From an uncultured Gemmatimonadales bacterium (GTDB lineage Bacteria > Gemmatimonadota > Gemmatimonadetes > Longimicrobiales > RSA9): DNA of 64,000 bases. The notes below the pieces were generated by a model that worked only from the letters and a program-made list of their open reading frames with translations, was not told where the DNA came from and did not search any database. The first letter of the stretch is position 1. Every line of letters starts with the position of its first letter. Below are positions 27,972 through 38,724 of the stretch, in pieces. The stretch lies in assembly GCA_963798085.1 (NCBI GenBank), contig CAWCRS010000012.1, positions 1-64,000 of the forward strand, in the 5' to 3' direction. A program made the translations under genes and the position numbers.

Positions 27972-29240
27972 ATGAACCGGTTCCACGGGCTGACCCTGTT
28001 GGTCGCGCTCAGCACGGCGATGCCCGGCGCCGTGCTCGCGCAGAAGAACTCGGACAGCAAGTACACGAAGGACGCCAGCAAATACCTGGCGATGGCCATG
28101 GTGCGCAGTGACAAGGCCTCGCGCACGCAGATGTACCAGCAGGCGCTGGCCGCGCTGCAGGAAGGCTTCACGAAGGACGCGGACAACGCCAAGCTCTGGT
28201 TCACTGCGGGCCAGGCGTACGTGGGACTCGGCGACTACATCGCGGCCGACTCCTGCTTCAGCAAGGCCGAGAAGATGGTGCCTTCGCTGAAGGAAGAGAT
28301 CGATGGCGAGCGTGAGTCCGGCTGGATGGCCGCCTTCCAGGACGGCGTCGATCTGATGGACCAGCAGCAGTACGAGAAAGCGCTGAGCACACTCGAGGCG
28401 GCGCAGAAGCTGTACGACAAGCGACCCGAGGCGCTGCTCAACATTGGCAGCATCCAGGCCAACCTGGGCCACCCGGATGAAGCCGAGAAGGCGTTCCAGG
28501 AAGCGATCAAGGCCGCACAGGGCGAGCTGGTCGCCAAACTCGACTCGGGCTCCCAGGTGACATGGAAGCGCTACGTCGAGATGGCGACGATCAACATTGC
28601 GCAGATCCGCGGCACCAAGGGCGTCGACGAATTCCAGGCCAACAACTACGACGGCGCCGCGGAAGCGTTCAAGAAGGCGATCGAGGTCAATCCCTATTCG
28701 CGCGACTACCTGTTCAACTACGTGCAGGCGAGGTACGCGAAAGCGACGAAGTACGAGGACGAGGTCGAGCAGGATCCCTCGAAGGCGGCACAATACAAGC
28801 AGCCGCTGATCGATCTGTACAGCGAGCTGAAGACCGAGATCCCCAAGGTCCGCGAGTACGATCCGACCAACGAGAGCCTGATGCTCGTGCTGCAGCGCGC
28901 CACGCGCCGGGAAGGCGAGCTGAAAGGCGACACCGCCACGGCGCGCAATGCGGCACTCGTGATCCTCACCACACTGGACTCGATCCCCGTCGAAGTGACC
29001 GACCTCGCCATCTCCGCGGAAGACACCATTGCTTCCGTCACGGGCAAGGTAAAGAACAAGAAGCTGGCGCCTAACACGCCGGTTACAGTGAAGATCTCGC
29101 TGCTGGGCTATCAGGGCAGCAACATCGGCGAGATGACCGTGACCGTGAATGTGGGTGACAAGGACTCGAGCACCCCCTTCGAGCAGAAAGGCGCGATCAG
29201 CGGCCAGGTCGCCGGGTGGAAGTACCGGATTACCAGCTAG
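27972..29240 (+). CDS. Secreted TPR protein
   Basis: Signal peptide, TPR-like helices, C-terminal beta domain. Confidence 0.75.
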   Translation: MNRFHGLTLLVALSTAMPGAVLAQKNSDSKYTKDASKYLAMAMVRSDKASRTQMYQQALAALQEGFTKDADNAKLWFTAGQAYVGLGDYIAADSCFSKAEKMVPSLKEEIDGERESGWMAAFQDGVDLMDQQQYEKALSTLEAAQKLYDKRPEALLNIGSIQANLGHPDEAEKAFQEAIKAAQGELVAKLDSGSQVTWKRYVEMATINIAQIRGTKGVDEFQANNYDGAAEAFKKAIEVNPYSRDYLFNYVQARYAKATKYEDEVEQDPSKAAQYKQPLIDLYSELKTEIPKVREYDPTNESLMLVLQRATRREGELKGDTATARNAALVILTTLDSIPVEVTDLAISAEDTIASVTGKVKNKKLAPNTPVTVKISLLGYQGSNIGEMTVTVNVGDKDSSTPFEQKGAISGQVAGWKYRITS

Positions 29241-29262
29241 TTTTTCGGTTGCAGTCGCAGGG

Positions 29263-29299
29263 GCCGGGAGCGCGGGAAATCGCGCTCCCGGCTTTTTTT
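29263..29299 (+). terminator. Intrinsic terminator
   Basis: GCCGGGAGCGCG-loop-CGCGCTCCCGGC followed by T7. Confidence 0.85.
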
Positions 29300-29848
29300 C
29301 TTGCGGGGGCGGGGCTGGCGGAGGGGGTGGGTTCAGGGGTCGGACGCGGGCAAGGGCACCCGTTGGGGGGTGGGGCCTGGGGCCGCGCCTCCGTGCATGC
29401 CCAGCCCTGACCATGATCCCCTCCCCCGGCCCGTAAACGCTCCCCCTCCTCCGCCTCGGACGCAGCTCCGTTCCCATCTCCCTTCCCGTCCCCATTCCAG
29501 GAAACCGACGGGCCGGATGTCGCTGTCGACAACAGTCCGCACAGGAGACGACAGCGGGGCAGGGAGAAGGAGAGGGGCCGGGAGAGGGGTCCGAGGCGGA
29601 GGAGCGGGAGTGTTTACGGGAATGGGCACGGGCATTCAGTGCAACGGCCCCCACCCCCTCCCCTCAACGGGTGCCCTTGTCCGCGTCCGACCCCCGACCC
29701 CAATCCCTCCCCTTACCCTTTCCCCGGAAGAAAACAAGGCTTCCGCCTTCTCGCTAACGCGCGGGCAGAGGAGCGCGTCAGATACAGTCCGACACACGGA
29801 GAAGCCGTGCGCCGGGAGGGAACTCCACTACTCAACAGGAAGGGCATT

Positions 29849-30274
29849 ATGCTCAGGCGGTCATTGATCGCACTCGCGTTCCTCGCAGTTCCGACCATGG
29901 CGTTCGCGCAGGGTGGCGGTGGCATGGGCGGAGGTGGGCAGGGCCGTGGGATGGGCGCAATGAGTCCCATCAAGGTTGTGATCGATCATGCGGCGGACCT
30001 CAAGCTGACCGCCGACCAGACGAAGAAGCTGGAAGACCTCGACAAGAGCCTCGCCGAGCAGAACAAGCAGCCGATGGCGGATATGCAGAAGGCGCGCGAG
30101 GCGCAGGATCGCGATGCCATGATGGCAGCGCGGCAGACCATGACCAAGAACAACCAGGCCGCGCAGGAGAAGCTCAAGGACATTCTCAACGCCGATCAGC
30201 TGGAAGCGGCCACGAAGGCGATCCAGGATGCAATGCCACAGCGCGGGCGCCGTGGTGGCGGCGGCGGTCACTGA
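29849..30274 (+). CDS. Spy/CpxP-like periplasmic helical protein
   Basis: Signal peptide; LTADQ and LNADQ motifs. Confidence 0.65.
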   Translation: MLRRSLIALAFLAVPTMAFAQGGGGMGGGGQGRGMGAMSPIKVVIDHAADLKLTADQTKKLEDLDKSLAEQNKQPMADMQKAREAQDRDAMMAARQTMTKNNQAAQEKLKDILNADQLEAATKAIQDAMPQRGRRGGGGGH

Positions 30275-30424
30275 GGCGGCGCGGTACTGACACAGCATTA
30301 ACGTGTGTGCGCCGGCGCCGGCTCCCGAGGTCTCACGTCCGAGACGCGAGAGACGCGCATCCGGTGCCGGTGCGCCACGTTTTCACGACCTGACAGGTCC
30401 GGGACGTTCCGGTTTCCCACATAG

Positions 30425-33400
30425 ATGAGGTCGCCCATGCTCACGCGCATGCGGTGGTGGCTGGTCGCTGTCCTGCTGATTCTCCCGCGCACGCTCGCCG
30501 CCCAGAGCACAACCGACATTCTCGCGGGCAAGGTCACCGGCCCTGATGGCAAGCCCATCGCCGGCGCCGCCGTAACCGCGACATCGCTCGACCTGGGCAC
30601 GACACGCTCCGTAGTGACCGATGCGAAGGGTCACTACATGATCGTGTTTCCCGATGGCGGCGGGCGCTTCACCGTGAAAGTCAGCTTCCTCGGCCTCGCC
30701 GATCGCAACTCGATCGTGATGCGCCAGGCGGATGAGGAAGTGCTGCTGACGGACTTTCCCATGAGCGTGCAGGCGATCCAGCTGGCCGGCATCGATGTCA
30801 ACGGGCGGCGGCCCCCTTCCACGCAGGGTGATGCGGGACAGAGGGGTGAGGATCTCTCGAGCGCCATGCTGCAGCGGCTGCCGCTCCCGGATTTCGATCC
30901 GACGACGCTGGCCCTGCTCGCTGCCGGCGTGATCCAGACGCTCAACGACTCGATCAACGGGATGGGCGGCTTTTCGGTCGCAGGCATGCGCGATGCGCTG
31001 AACCAGATCACACTCGATGGCATGTCGGTGGGCTCCCTGCTCACGGGCGGGAGCAGCCTGGAAGTGCCGGTCGAAGGACTGCGGCGCACACAGGTGGTGA
31101 CCAGCACGTTCGACGTGTCGCGCGGCGGCTTCGCCGGCGGCCAGGTGGCCATGACCACGGCGAGGGGCGCGAACCGTGCGACGGGCTCATTCACCTACCA
31201 GCTGCGCGATGCGGCGCTGCAGGGCAATGCCGGCAGCTCCGCGCTGGGCAACGCCTCGACGCAGCACCAGCTGAGCGGCGGCATTGGCGGGCCGCTGCTG
31301 CGCAACAAGCTGTTCTACCAGGTGTCGTTCACGCTGCGGCGTCGCATTAACGATCTGTTTGCGCTGGAGACGGCGGACCCGCTGTCGGCCACGCGCACGG
31401 GCGCCAGCCCCGACTCCATCGACCGCTTCCTGCAGATCCTGGGCGGCACCTACAACTTCCCGCTGCAGGGCATGACCGGCGCCTACACCAGCCTGAACAA
31501 CTCGCTGGCGCTGCAGACGCGCGTCGACTACAACCTGACGCCGCGCCACACGCTGATGGGCCGCTTCAACGGCAACCTCGTGGGCGCGGACAGTGTGCGC
31601 ATCTCACCGCTCGATCTGCGCCAGAACGGCGGCGACCAGGACTCGAACCGGCGCGATGGCGCGCTGCAGCTGATCTCGCGACTGGGCGGGACATGGACCA
31701 ACGACCTGACCCTGACAGGCTCTTACAGCCGCGCCTGGACGCTGCCCTTCATCTGAGCTGCCGCAGGGATCGGTGCGCATTTCCTCCGATCTCGCGGGCA
31801 CACGCTCGGTGTCCAGCCTGACGTTCGGCGGGGACCGCTCCATGCCCACTCAGAACTGGGAGCGCCAGTTCCAGCTGCGCGATGAAGTGGGCTTCCTGTA
31901 CAACCTGGTGCACCGCGTGAAGGTGGGCGCCCAGGTGGGCCGCGACCAGTTTTCCAACCGTTCCAGCGACAACTATCTGGGCACGTTCACCTTCAATTCG
32001 CTGGACGATTTCCAGAACAACCTGCCGGCCTCGTACACGCGCTCGCTCACCACGCGTGACCGCTCCGGTGGCGGCACCACGGCGGGCGCATGGCTGAGCG
32101 ACACCTGGCGCCCGACGAATCCGCTGCAGCTGACCATGGGCGCGCGCGTCGACTACTCGGGCTTCGATGAGCGGCCGCCCTACAATCCGGCAGTCGATCA
32201 GGCCTTCGGCCATCGCACGGACCTGTTCCCCAGCGATGTGCACGTCAGTCCCCGCCTCGGCTTCAGCTACCGGTTGAGCAAACTCAATACGCCGGCCCGT
32301 GTGCTGCGCGGCGGCATTGGCGAGTTCCGCGGCAATGCGCCGTTCAACCTGTTCTCCTCCGCATTGCAGCAGACGGGTCTGGCCGGCAGTGAGCTGACGC
32401 TCAACTGTATTGGCGAGGCGCGTGCCGGTACCCGACTGGTCCAGCTACCTGAACGACGCCTCGACGATTCCGACGGCGTGTCTGGATGGCGGGCTGGGCG
32501 TGCCCAGTGCGCAATCGTCGCGTGCACCCACGGTGACGGTCTTCAATCCGGGCTTCAATGCGCCCAGCTCGTGGCGCGCGAACCTGGGCTACCAGCAGCA
32601 GATCGGGCGGCTGATCACGGCCAACATCGACTACACGTACTCGCTGGGCGTCGACCTCTACGGCGTGCGCGACCTGAACCTGAACGAGGCTAACACGTTC
32701 CTGCTCGCGTCCGAGGGGAATCGCATGTTCTTCGGCGACCCGACGGCGATCGTCTCGACGACGGGCCAGGTGTCGTCGCGCGCCTCGCGCGTGGACACGT
32801 CCTTCGCGGGTGTGTACGAATACGATTCACACCTGCGCTCGACCTCGCACCAGGTGACCATGCGCCTGAGCGGCATGCTGCCGAAGCGCATCAGCTTCCA
32901 GGGCAGCTACACGCTGGGCTTCGCGCGCGACCAGTCTTCGTTCTCGGGTGGCAACGGCTCCGCAGGCTTCTCGGCCGCGACCACCGGTGGCGATCCCAAC
33001 ATCTCGGAGTGGGGCACCAGCAGCAACGACCGGCGCCACGCCTTCTCGCTGATTCTCGGTTATCCGTTCGCGCGCTGGGGCCAGGTCACACTGGTGGGCC
33101 GCCTGACTTCGGGCTCGCCCTACACACCGCTCGTGGGCGGCGACATCAACGGCGATGGCTCGCGCAACGACCGCGCCTTCATCTTCAATCCCGCGTCGGC
33201 GGCCGACACGGCCATTGCCAACGGCATGACCCGGCTGCTCGATGTAGTGCCCGCCGATGCACGCGCCTGTCTGCAGTCGCAGTTCGGCCGCATTGCGGGT
33301 CGCAACAGCTGCCGCAACGCATGGAGCCAGTCGCTGGACATGCGCTTCGTGCTCTCGCCCAACATGCCGCAGCTGGGCCGGCGTCTGGAAATATCCGCTG

Positions 33401-34335
33401 ACCTGAGCAACGTGCCGGCGGCGGTGGACCAGCTGGTGCACGGCCGCAGTGATCTGCACGGCTGGGGCCAGAACCCGCGCGCCGATGCGACGCTGCTCTA
33501 CCCGCGCGGCTGGGATCCGGGCACGAACAGCTTCAAGTACGAGGTTAACGAGCTGTTTGGACAGTCGCGCACCACGCGCTTCGGCAACGGCGCTCCCTTC
33601 CAGGTGGTGCTGCAGGCCAGACTGTCCGTGGGCGTGCAGCAGAATCTGGGCGGCGCCATGGGCGCGATCGCCTTCGGTGGCGGCGGGGACGGCGGCGGCC
33701 GTGGCGGCCGCGGTGGCGGCGGCTTCGGTGGGGGCGGTGGCTTTGGCGGTGGCCGCGGCGGCCAGGGCGGCGCCGCGGATGGCGCGGCCGGCAACGCGGC
33801 GACCGGCGCCGATGGTCAGCCGGCAGGTCGCGGCAACGTCGATCCGAGTGCCATGGCCACACGCATGCTGAACAATCCGGTGCACACGCTGATCGGCCTG
33901 AAGGACTCCCTGAAGCTGAGCGATGCGCAGCTGGCGCAGCTCCAGGTCATTTCCGACACACTGAACGGCAAGCTGGCGCCCGTGATCGAAGAAGTGCGCA
34001 AGGCGCTGGCAGAAAGCCGCGACACGACGAACGCAGCCAACACCGCGAATGCACAGCGTGGCGGACGCGGTGGACAGGGTGGCGGTCGTGGCGGTCGCTT
34101 CGGTGAAGCCTTCCAGGCACTGCAGCCGAAGATCGACAAGGCGAGAGACCGCATCACGGATGCCGTGAAGCAGTCGAAGAAGGTGCTCACCAAGGATCAG
34201 TGGAAGAAAGTGCCGCAGAACATCAAGAACCTGCTCGACAATGGCGGCGGCTTCGGCCCCGGCGGCTTTGGCGGCGGCTTCGGTGGTGGTGGTGGCGGCG
34301 GCGGTGGAGGTGGACGGCGAGGCGGCGGCGGCTGA
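30425..34335 (+). CDS. TonB-dependent receptor-like outer-membrane protein (frameshifts near 31760 and 32420)
   Basis: Carboxypeptidase-regulatory-like N-domain, plug and beta-barrel strands over three ORFs. Confidence 0.8.
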
Positions 34336-34449
34336 TCGCACGACGCCACTGGCGTAATCGCGGCCGCGTTCCGCATGCTTCATCAGGCGCGCCGGTTCCT
34401 CGAGGACCGGCGCGCTTTCGTCAGCCCGCGCAAACCCGCATAGTCACGC

Positions 34450-35763
34450 ATGTCGAGCACTCTCGCGCGTACGATCAACTTCCGCGATTTCGCCCTGCTC
34501 GTGGTGGGCGCGGTCATCGGCTCGGGCATTTTCCTGACACCCGGCATCGTGCTCACCCAGGTGCACGGTGATGTCGGGCTGGCGCTGGCTGTCTGGCTGC
34601 TGGGTGGCGTGCTGTGCCTGCTGGGCGCGCTGACGTACGGCGAGCTGGGCGCGATGAAGCCGGAAGCGGGCGGACTCTACGTGTTCCTGCGCGATGCGTT
34701 CGGCCCCTTCGCCGCATTCCTCTTCGGCTGGACGCTGTTCCTCGCGATGGCGCCCGGCGCCGTTGCTACACTCGCCAACGCCTTCGTCGACTACCTGGGC
34801 GCACTGGTTCCGCTCGCACCGGTCGCCAGCAAGGCCATCGCCATCGGCATGGTGGTGCTGCTCGCAGTGCTCAACATCCGCGGCACTCGCCAGAGCACAG
34901 GCGTGAACGGCGTCGCCACTGCGGTGAAGGCCACGGCGCTGCTGGTGATGAGCGCCGCACTGATCGCGCGCGGCCCGGGCCTCTCCGCGCAGGGCGCTTC
35001 GCTGGCCATTGGCTCATTGCGTTTCGGCATGCTGCCCGCCATCGCCACTGCCATGATCAGCGTACTCTGGTCCTACGAAGGCTGGCAGTGGGCCACGTTC
35101 TCGGTGGGCGAAACCGTCAATCCGCAGCGCACGTTTCCGCGCGGCATGGCGATGGGCACACTGACGCTCGTGGTGCTCTACGTACTCGCCAACATCGGGT
35201 ACGTCGCGGCGCTCGGGCCGGCGGATGTGATGAGCAGCAGGAGCGTCGCGGCGGCCGCGGTGTCACGGCTCTTCGGACCGGCGGCCGGCAAGGTCATCGC
35301 CATTCCCATCCTGATCGCGATCTTCAGTGCCGCAAACGTGGTGGTGCTGACATCGTCGCGCGTGTTCTTCGCCATGGCGAGAGACGGGCTGTTCTTCCGG
35401 CGCCTGGGCGAGCTGCATCCGCGCTTCGGCACGCCCCACTTCTCCATCGCGGCCTTCTGCCTGTGGGCCATGCTGCTGGCGGTGGCCGGCAACTTCCAGC
35501 AGCTGCTCACCTACGTCGTGTTCACCGGCTGGATCTTCTACGCGCTGGCCGCCGCAGCCTGCTTCCGGATGCGGCGGCTGGAGCCGCAGGCGACACGTCC
35601 ATTCCGCGTACCCGGCTATCCGCTGACGCCGCTGCTCTTCATACTGAGCGCGGGCGCCATCGTGCTGAATACCGTGTTAGCGCAGCCGCTGCAGGGCCTG
35701 GCCGGCCTGGGCGTGGTATTCAGCGGCGCGCCCGCCTTCCTGCTCTGGCGCAATCGTCGTTGA
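34450..35763 (+). CDS. APC family amino acid permease
   Basis: IGSGIF, YGELG..P..GG.Y and SYEGW motifs. Confidence 0.9.
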   Translation: MSSTLARTINFRDFALLVVGAVIGSGIFLTPGIVLTQVHGDVGLALAVWLLGGVLCLLGALTYGELGAMKPEAGGLYVFLRDAFGPFAAFLFGWTLFLAMAPGAVATLANAFVDYLGALVPLAPVASKAIAIGMVVLLAVLNIRGTRQSTGVNGVATAVKATALLVMSAALIARGPGLSAQGASLAIGSLRFGMLPAIATAMISVLWSYEGWQWATFSVGETVNPQRTFPRGMAMGTLTLVVLYVLANIGYVAALGPADVMSSRSVAAAAVSRLFGPAAGKVIAIPILIAIFSAANVVVLTSSRVFFAMARDGLFFRRLGELHPRFGTPHFSIAAFCLWAMLLAVAGNFQQLLTYVVFTGWIFYALAAAACFRMRRLEPQATRPFRVPGYPLTPLLFILSAGAIVLNTVLAQPLQGLAGLGVVFSGAPAFLLWRNRR

Positions 35764-35786
35764 CCTGAGACCCGGACGGTTCCGAG

Positions 35787-37445
35787 ATGGCCGAGCCCTT
35801 CCGCTACCGCTGGTTCGCGGCAGGCGACTGGAACGCCTGCTTCGCACTGCTGCTCGACAACATGGTCAACCTGGTGGTCCTGACCAGTCTGCTGACGGGC
35901 GTGTTCGGATTCCCCGCCGACGTGATCTACACGAAGATGATCCCGGGCACGGCGCTGGGTGTGCTCGTGGGTGATGCCATCTACACATGGCTGGCCGTGC
36001 GCCTGGCGAGGCAGCTGCGGCGCCAGGAAGTGACGGCCATGCCGCTGGGCCTGGACACGCCCTCGACCATTGGCATGGCGCTCGTCGTGCTGGGCCCGGC
36101 CTTCACCGGACTGCGCGCCGACTTCACGGCCGCAGGCATGGCGCCGGCCAATGCCGTGCAGCGGGCCGCGCTGGGCGCCTGGGCGGTGGGCATCGCGGTG
36201 ATGCTCATCATGGGCGTGGTAAAGCTGGTGTTAGCCTTTGCCGGCGAGTGGGTGCGGCGCAACGTGCCCGTGGCCGGGCTGCTGGGCTCGATCGGCGGAA
36301 TCGGCCTGGCGCTGCTCGCGTTCCTGCCGTTCATCGACATCTTCCGCGCGCCCGTGGTGGGCATGGTGGCGCTGGGTCTCGTGCTCTACACACTGGTGGC
36401 GCACATCGAATTGCCGGGCCGGCTGCCGGGCGCGGCCATGGCCGTGCTCGTCGGCGCGGCACTCTACTACGTGCTGGGGCCCGCCGGCCTGCTGGGCGCC
36501 ACCACATACCACGCACCCGCCCTTACACTGCGCTTCACACTGCCTCTGCCCAGCCTCGCCGGATTCGGTGCACTGCGCGACGCGCTGCCCTACCTGCCCG
36601 TCGCGATTCCCTTCGGATTGCTGACCATTGTGGGCGGCATCAATGTGACGGAGAGCGCACGCGCGGCGGGCGACACGTACGAGACGCGCGAGATCCTGCT
36701 CACGGAGGCATTCGCCACACTGGTTGCCGGCCTGTTCGGCGGCGTGGCGCAATCCACGCCCTACATCGGCCATCCCGCGTACAAGCAAATGGGCGCGCGT
36801 GCCGGCTATACGCTGCTGACCGGTCTGGTCGTGGGCTTCGGCGGCGTGCTCGGCTACATCTCGTTCGTCGCGGACGCGTTGCCCGTCGTCGCGGTGGTGC
36901 CGCTGCTGGTGTTCATCGGACTCGAGATCACCGCGCAGGCGTTTCAGGCGCCGCCGTCACGTCACGCACCCGCCGTCGCCTTCTCCTTCCTGCCCATCCT
37001 CGCCTACCTGCTGCTGATCCGGCAGGATGCGGTGCTCGGCGGACTGCAGGGCGGCATTGCTGCGGCCGCGGCGCAGCTGGGCACCCAGGCGGACACCATG
37101 CGCCGCATCGTGCAGGACGTGGCCGCGCAGAACAACGCGGACACGATCGTGGGTCTCGGCCACGGCTTCATCCTGACCGCAATGTTATGGGGTTCGTTCT
37201 TCGCGCTGATCATCGATCGCGCACTTCGGCGGGCCGCCCTCTTCCTGGCGGTGGCCGGCGGGCTCACGCTCTTCGGCGTGATCCATTCGGCGGCGCCCAG
37301 CGGGGCGCTGTATCTGCCCTGGCGCTCGCCTTCACCGATGGCGCTGCACTGGGCGGCCGGCTACTTCGCGCTGGCCGCGCTGCTGGTCGGGCTGTCGCTC
37401 ACGCGCGGCGCCCGGGCCGCGCACGCGACCGAAATGGCGGGTTAG
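35787..37445 (+). CDS. NCS2/AzgA-like permease
   Basis: Multi-TM protein; TAMPLGLDTPS, ESARAAGD and YIGHPAYK motifs. Confidence 0.75.
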   Translation: MAEPFRYRWFAAGDWNACFALLLDNMVNLVVLTSLLTGVFGFPADVIYTKMIPGTALGVLVGDAIYTWLAVRLARQLRRQEVTAMPLGLDTPSTIGMALVVLGPAFTGLRADFTAAGMAPANAVQRAALGAWAVGIAVMLIMGVVKLVLAFAGEWVRRNVPVAGLLGSIGGIGLALLAFLPFIDIFRAPVVGMVALGLVLYTLVAHIELPGRLPGAAMAVLVGAALYYVLGPAGLLGATTYHAPALTLRFTLPLPSLAGFGALRDALPYLPVAIPFGLLTIVGGINVTESARAAGDTYETREILLTEAFATLVAGLFGGVAQSTPYIGHPAYKQMGARAGYTLLTGLVVGFGGVLGYISFVADALPVVAVVPLLVFIGLEITAQAFQAPPSRHAPAVAFSFLPILAYLLLIRQDAVLGGLQGGIAAAAAQLGTQADTMRRIVQDVAAQNNADTIVGLGHGFILTAMLWGSFFALIIDRALRRAALFLAVAGGLTLFGVIHSAAPSGALYLPWRSPSPMALHWAAGYFALAALLVGLSLTRGARAAHATEMAG

Positions 37446-37454
37446 GAAAGAGGT

Positions 37455-37495
37455 TGGGGCCGGGCGTTTATGGCCTCGCGCAGCGCCCGGCCCCA
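37455..37495. terminator. Hairpin between convergent genes
   Basis: TGGGGCCGGGCG...CGCCCGGCCCCA. Confidence 0.55.
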
Positions 37496-37510
37496 GGAGG
37501 GGACTCGGTA

Positions 37511-38722
37511 CTACTCGTAACGGAGCGCGACAATCGGGTCGAGTCTCGCCGCGCGCCTTGCGGGCCAGATTCCGAAGAACAGGCCCACACCCCCGGAGAA
37601 CGCGATCGCCATGAGCACCGACTGTGGTGACACGGCGGTGTTCCAGCCGGCCGACGACCTGAGGATCGCAGCCGTGCCCATGCCGGCGCTGACACCCAGA
37701 ATGCCACCGGCAATGCACAGCGTCAGCGCCTCGACCAGGAACTGGAACATGATATCCCTGCGGCGCGCGCCCAGCGCCTTGCGCACGCCGATCTCACGCG
37801 TACGCTCGGTGACGGACACGAGCATGATGTTCATGATGCCGATCCCGCCCACGAGCAGCGAAATCAGCGCAATGCCTGCCAGCAGCATGGTGAACGTCTG
37901 CGTGGTCTCCTGGAAAATGTTCACCAGCGAAGCCTGGTCGCGAATGCTGAAGTTGCTCGCCTGCCCGGGCTGAATGCGCTGCTGCCGGCGCAGCGCCTTG
38001 TCGATGTCCGCGATCGTGGGCTCCATCGTTTCCGGCGTGACCGACTGCACGTAGATCGATGAGACGCGGTCCGTGCCGAAGGCGCGGAAGCGGGCCGTGG
38101 CCAGCGGGATGTAGATGGTCTGGTCCGGATTGAAGAAGCCGCTCTGCTGGCCCTTCGCCGCGAGCATGCCGATCACCTCGAAGGGCGTGCCCTTGATCTT
38201 GATCGTCGTTCCGACGAGGCTCGCGGTCACCACGTTCAGGCGGGTGCCCAGGTCACTGCCGATCACGGCCACACGACGGCGACCACGCTCCTCGCCGTCC
38301 GTGAACGTGCGGCCCAGCTCGATCTGCAGGTTCTGGATCTCGAAGTACGATGGCCACACGCCGACCGTCTGCAAGCTCGCGTTAGCCGTGCCGTTCGTGA
38401 CCTGGAGCCGCCGCTGCATTTCCGGCGACACCGCCTTGATGTAGCGGCCCTCCGTGAGGATCGCCTGCGCGCCATCCGCGGTGAGCTTGCTGTCACCGCG
38501 GTCGACGCCACCCATGAACTGCTGGCCCGGGCTCACCGTCAGCACGTTGGGACCCAGGCGCTGCAGCTGCGCGGCCACCTGCCGCCGCGCCCCTTCGCCC
38601 AGCGCCAGCATTGCGATCACCGCGCCAATGCCGATGATGATGCCGAGCATCGTCAGGAACGAGCGGAGCTTGTTGGCACGGATCGCCGACAGCGCCACCA
38701 GAATCGTTTCACCAATGAGCAT
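37511..38722 (-). CDS. MacB-type ABC permease (no ATPase domain)
   Basis: LRSFLTMLGIIIG and GGIGIMNIMLVSVTERTREIG motifs. Confidence 0.9.
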   Translation of the reverse strand: MLIGETILVALSAIRANKLRSFLTMLGIIIGIGAVIAMLALGEGARRQVAAQLQRLGPNVLTVSPGQQFMGGVDRGDSKLTADGAQAILTEGRYIKAVSPEMQRRLQVTNGTANASLQTVGVWPSYFEIQNLQIELGRTFTDGEERGRRRVAVIGSDLGTRLNVVTASLVGTTIKIKGTPFEVIGMLAAKGQQSGFFNPDQTIYIPLATARFRAFGTDRVSSIYVQSVTPETMEPTIADIDKALRRQQRIQPGQASNFSIRDQASLVNIFQETTQTFTMLLAGIALISLLVGGIGIMNIMLVSVTERTREIGVRKALGARRRDIMFQFLVEALTLCIAGGILGVSAGMGTAAILRSSAGWNTAVSPQSVLMAIAFSGGVGLFFGIWPARRAARLDPIVALRYE

Positions 38723-38724
38723 GC

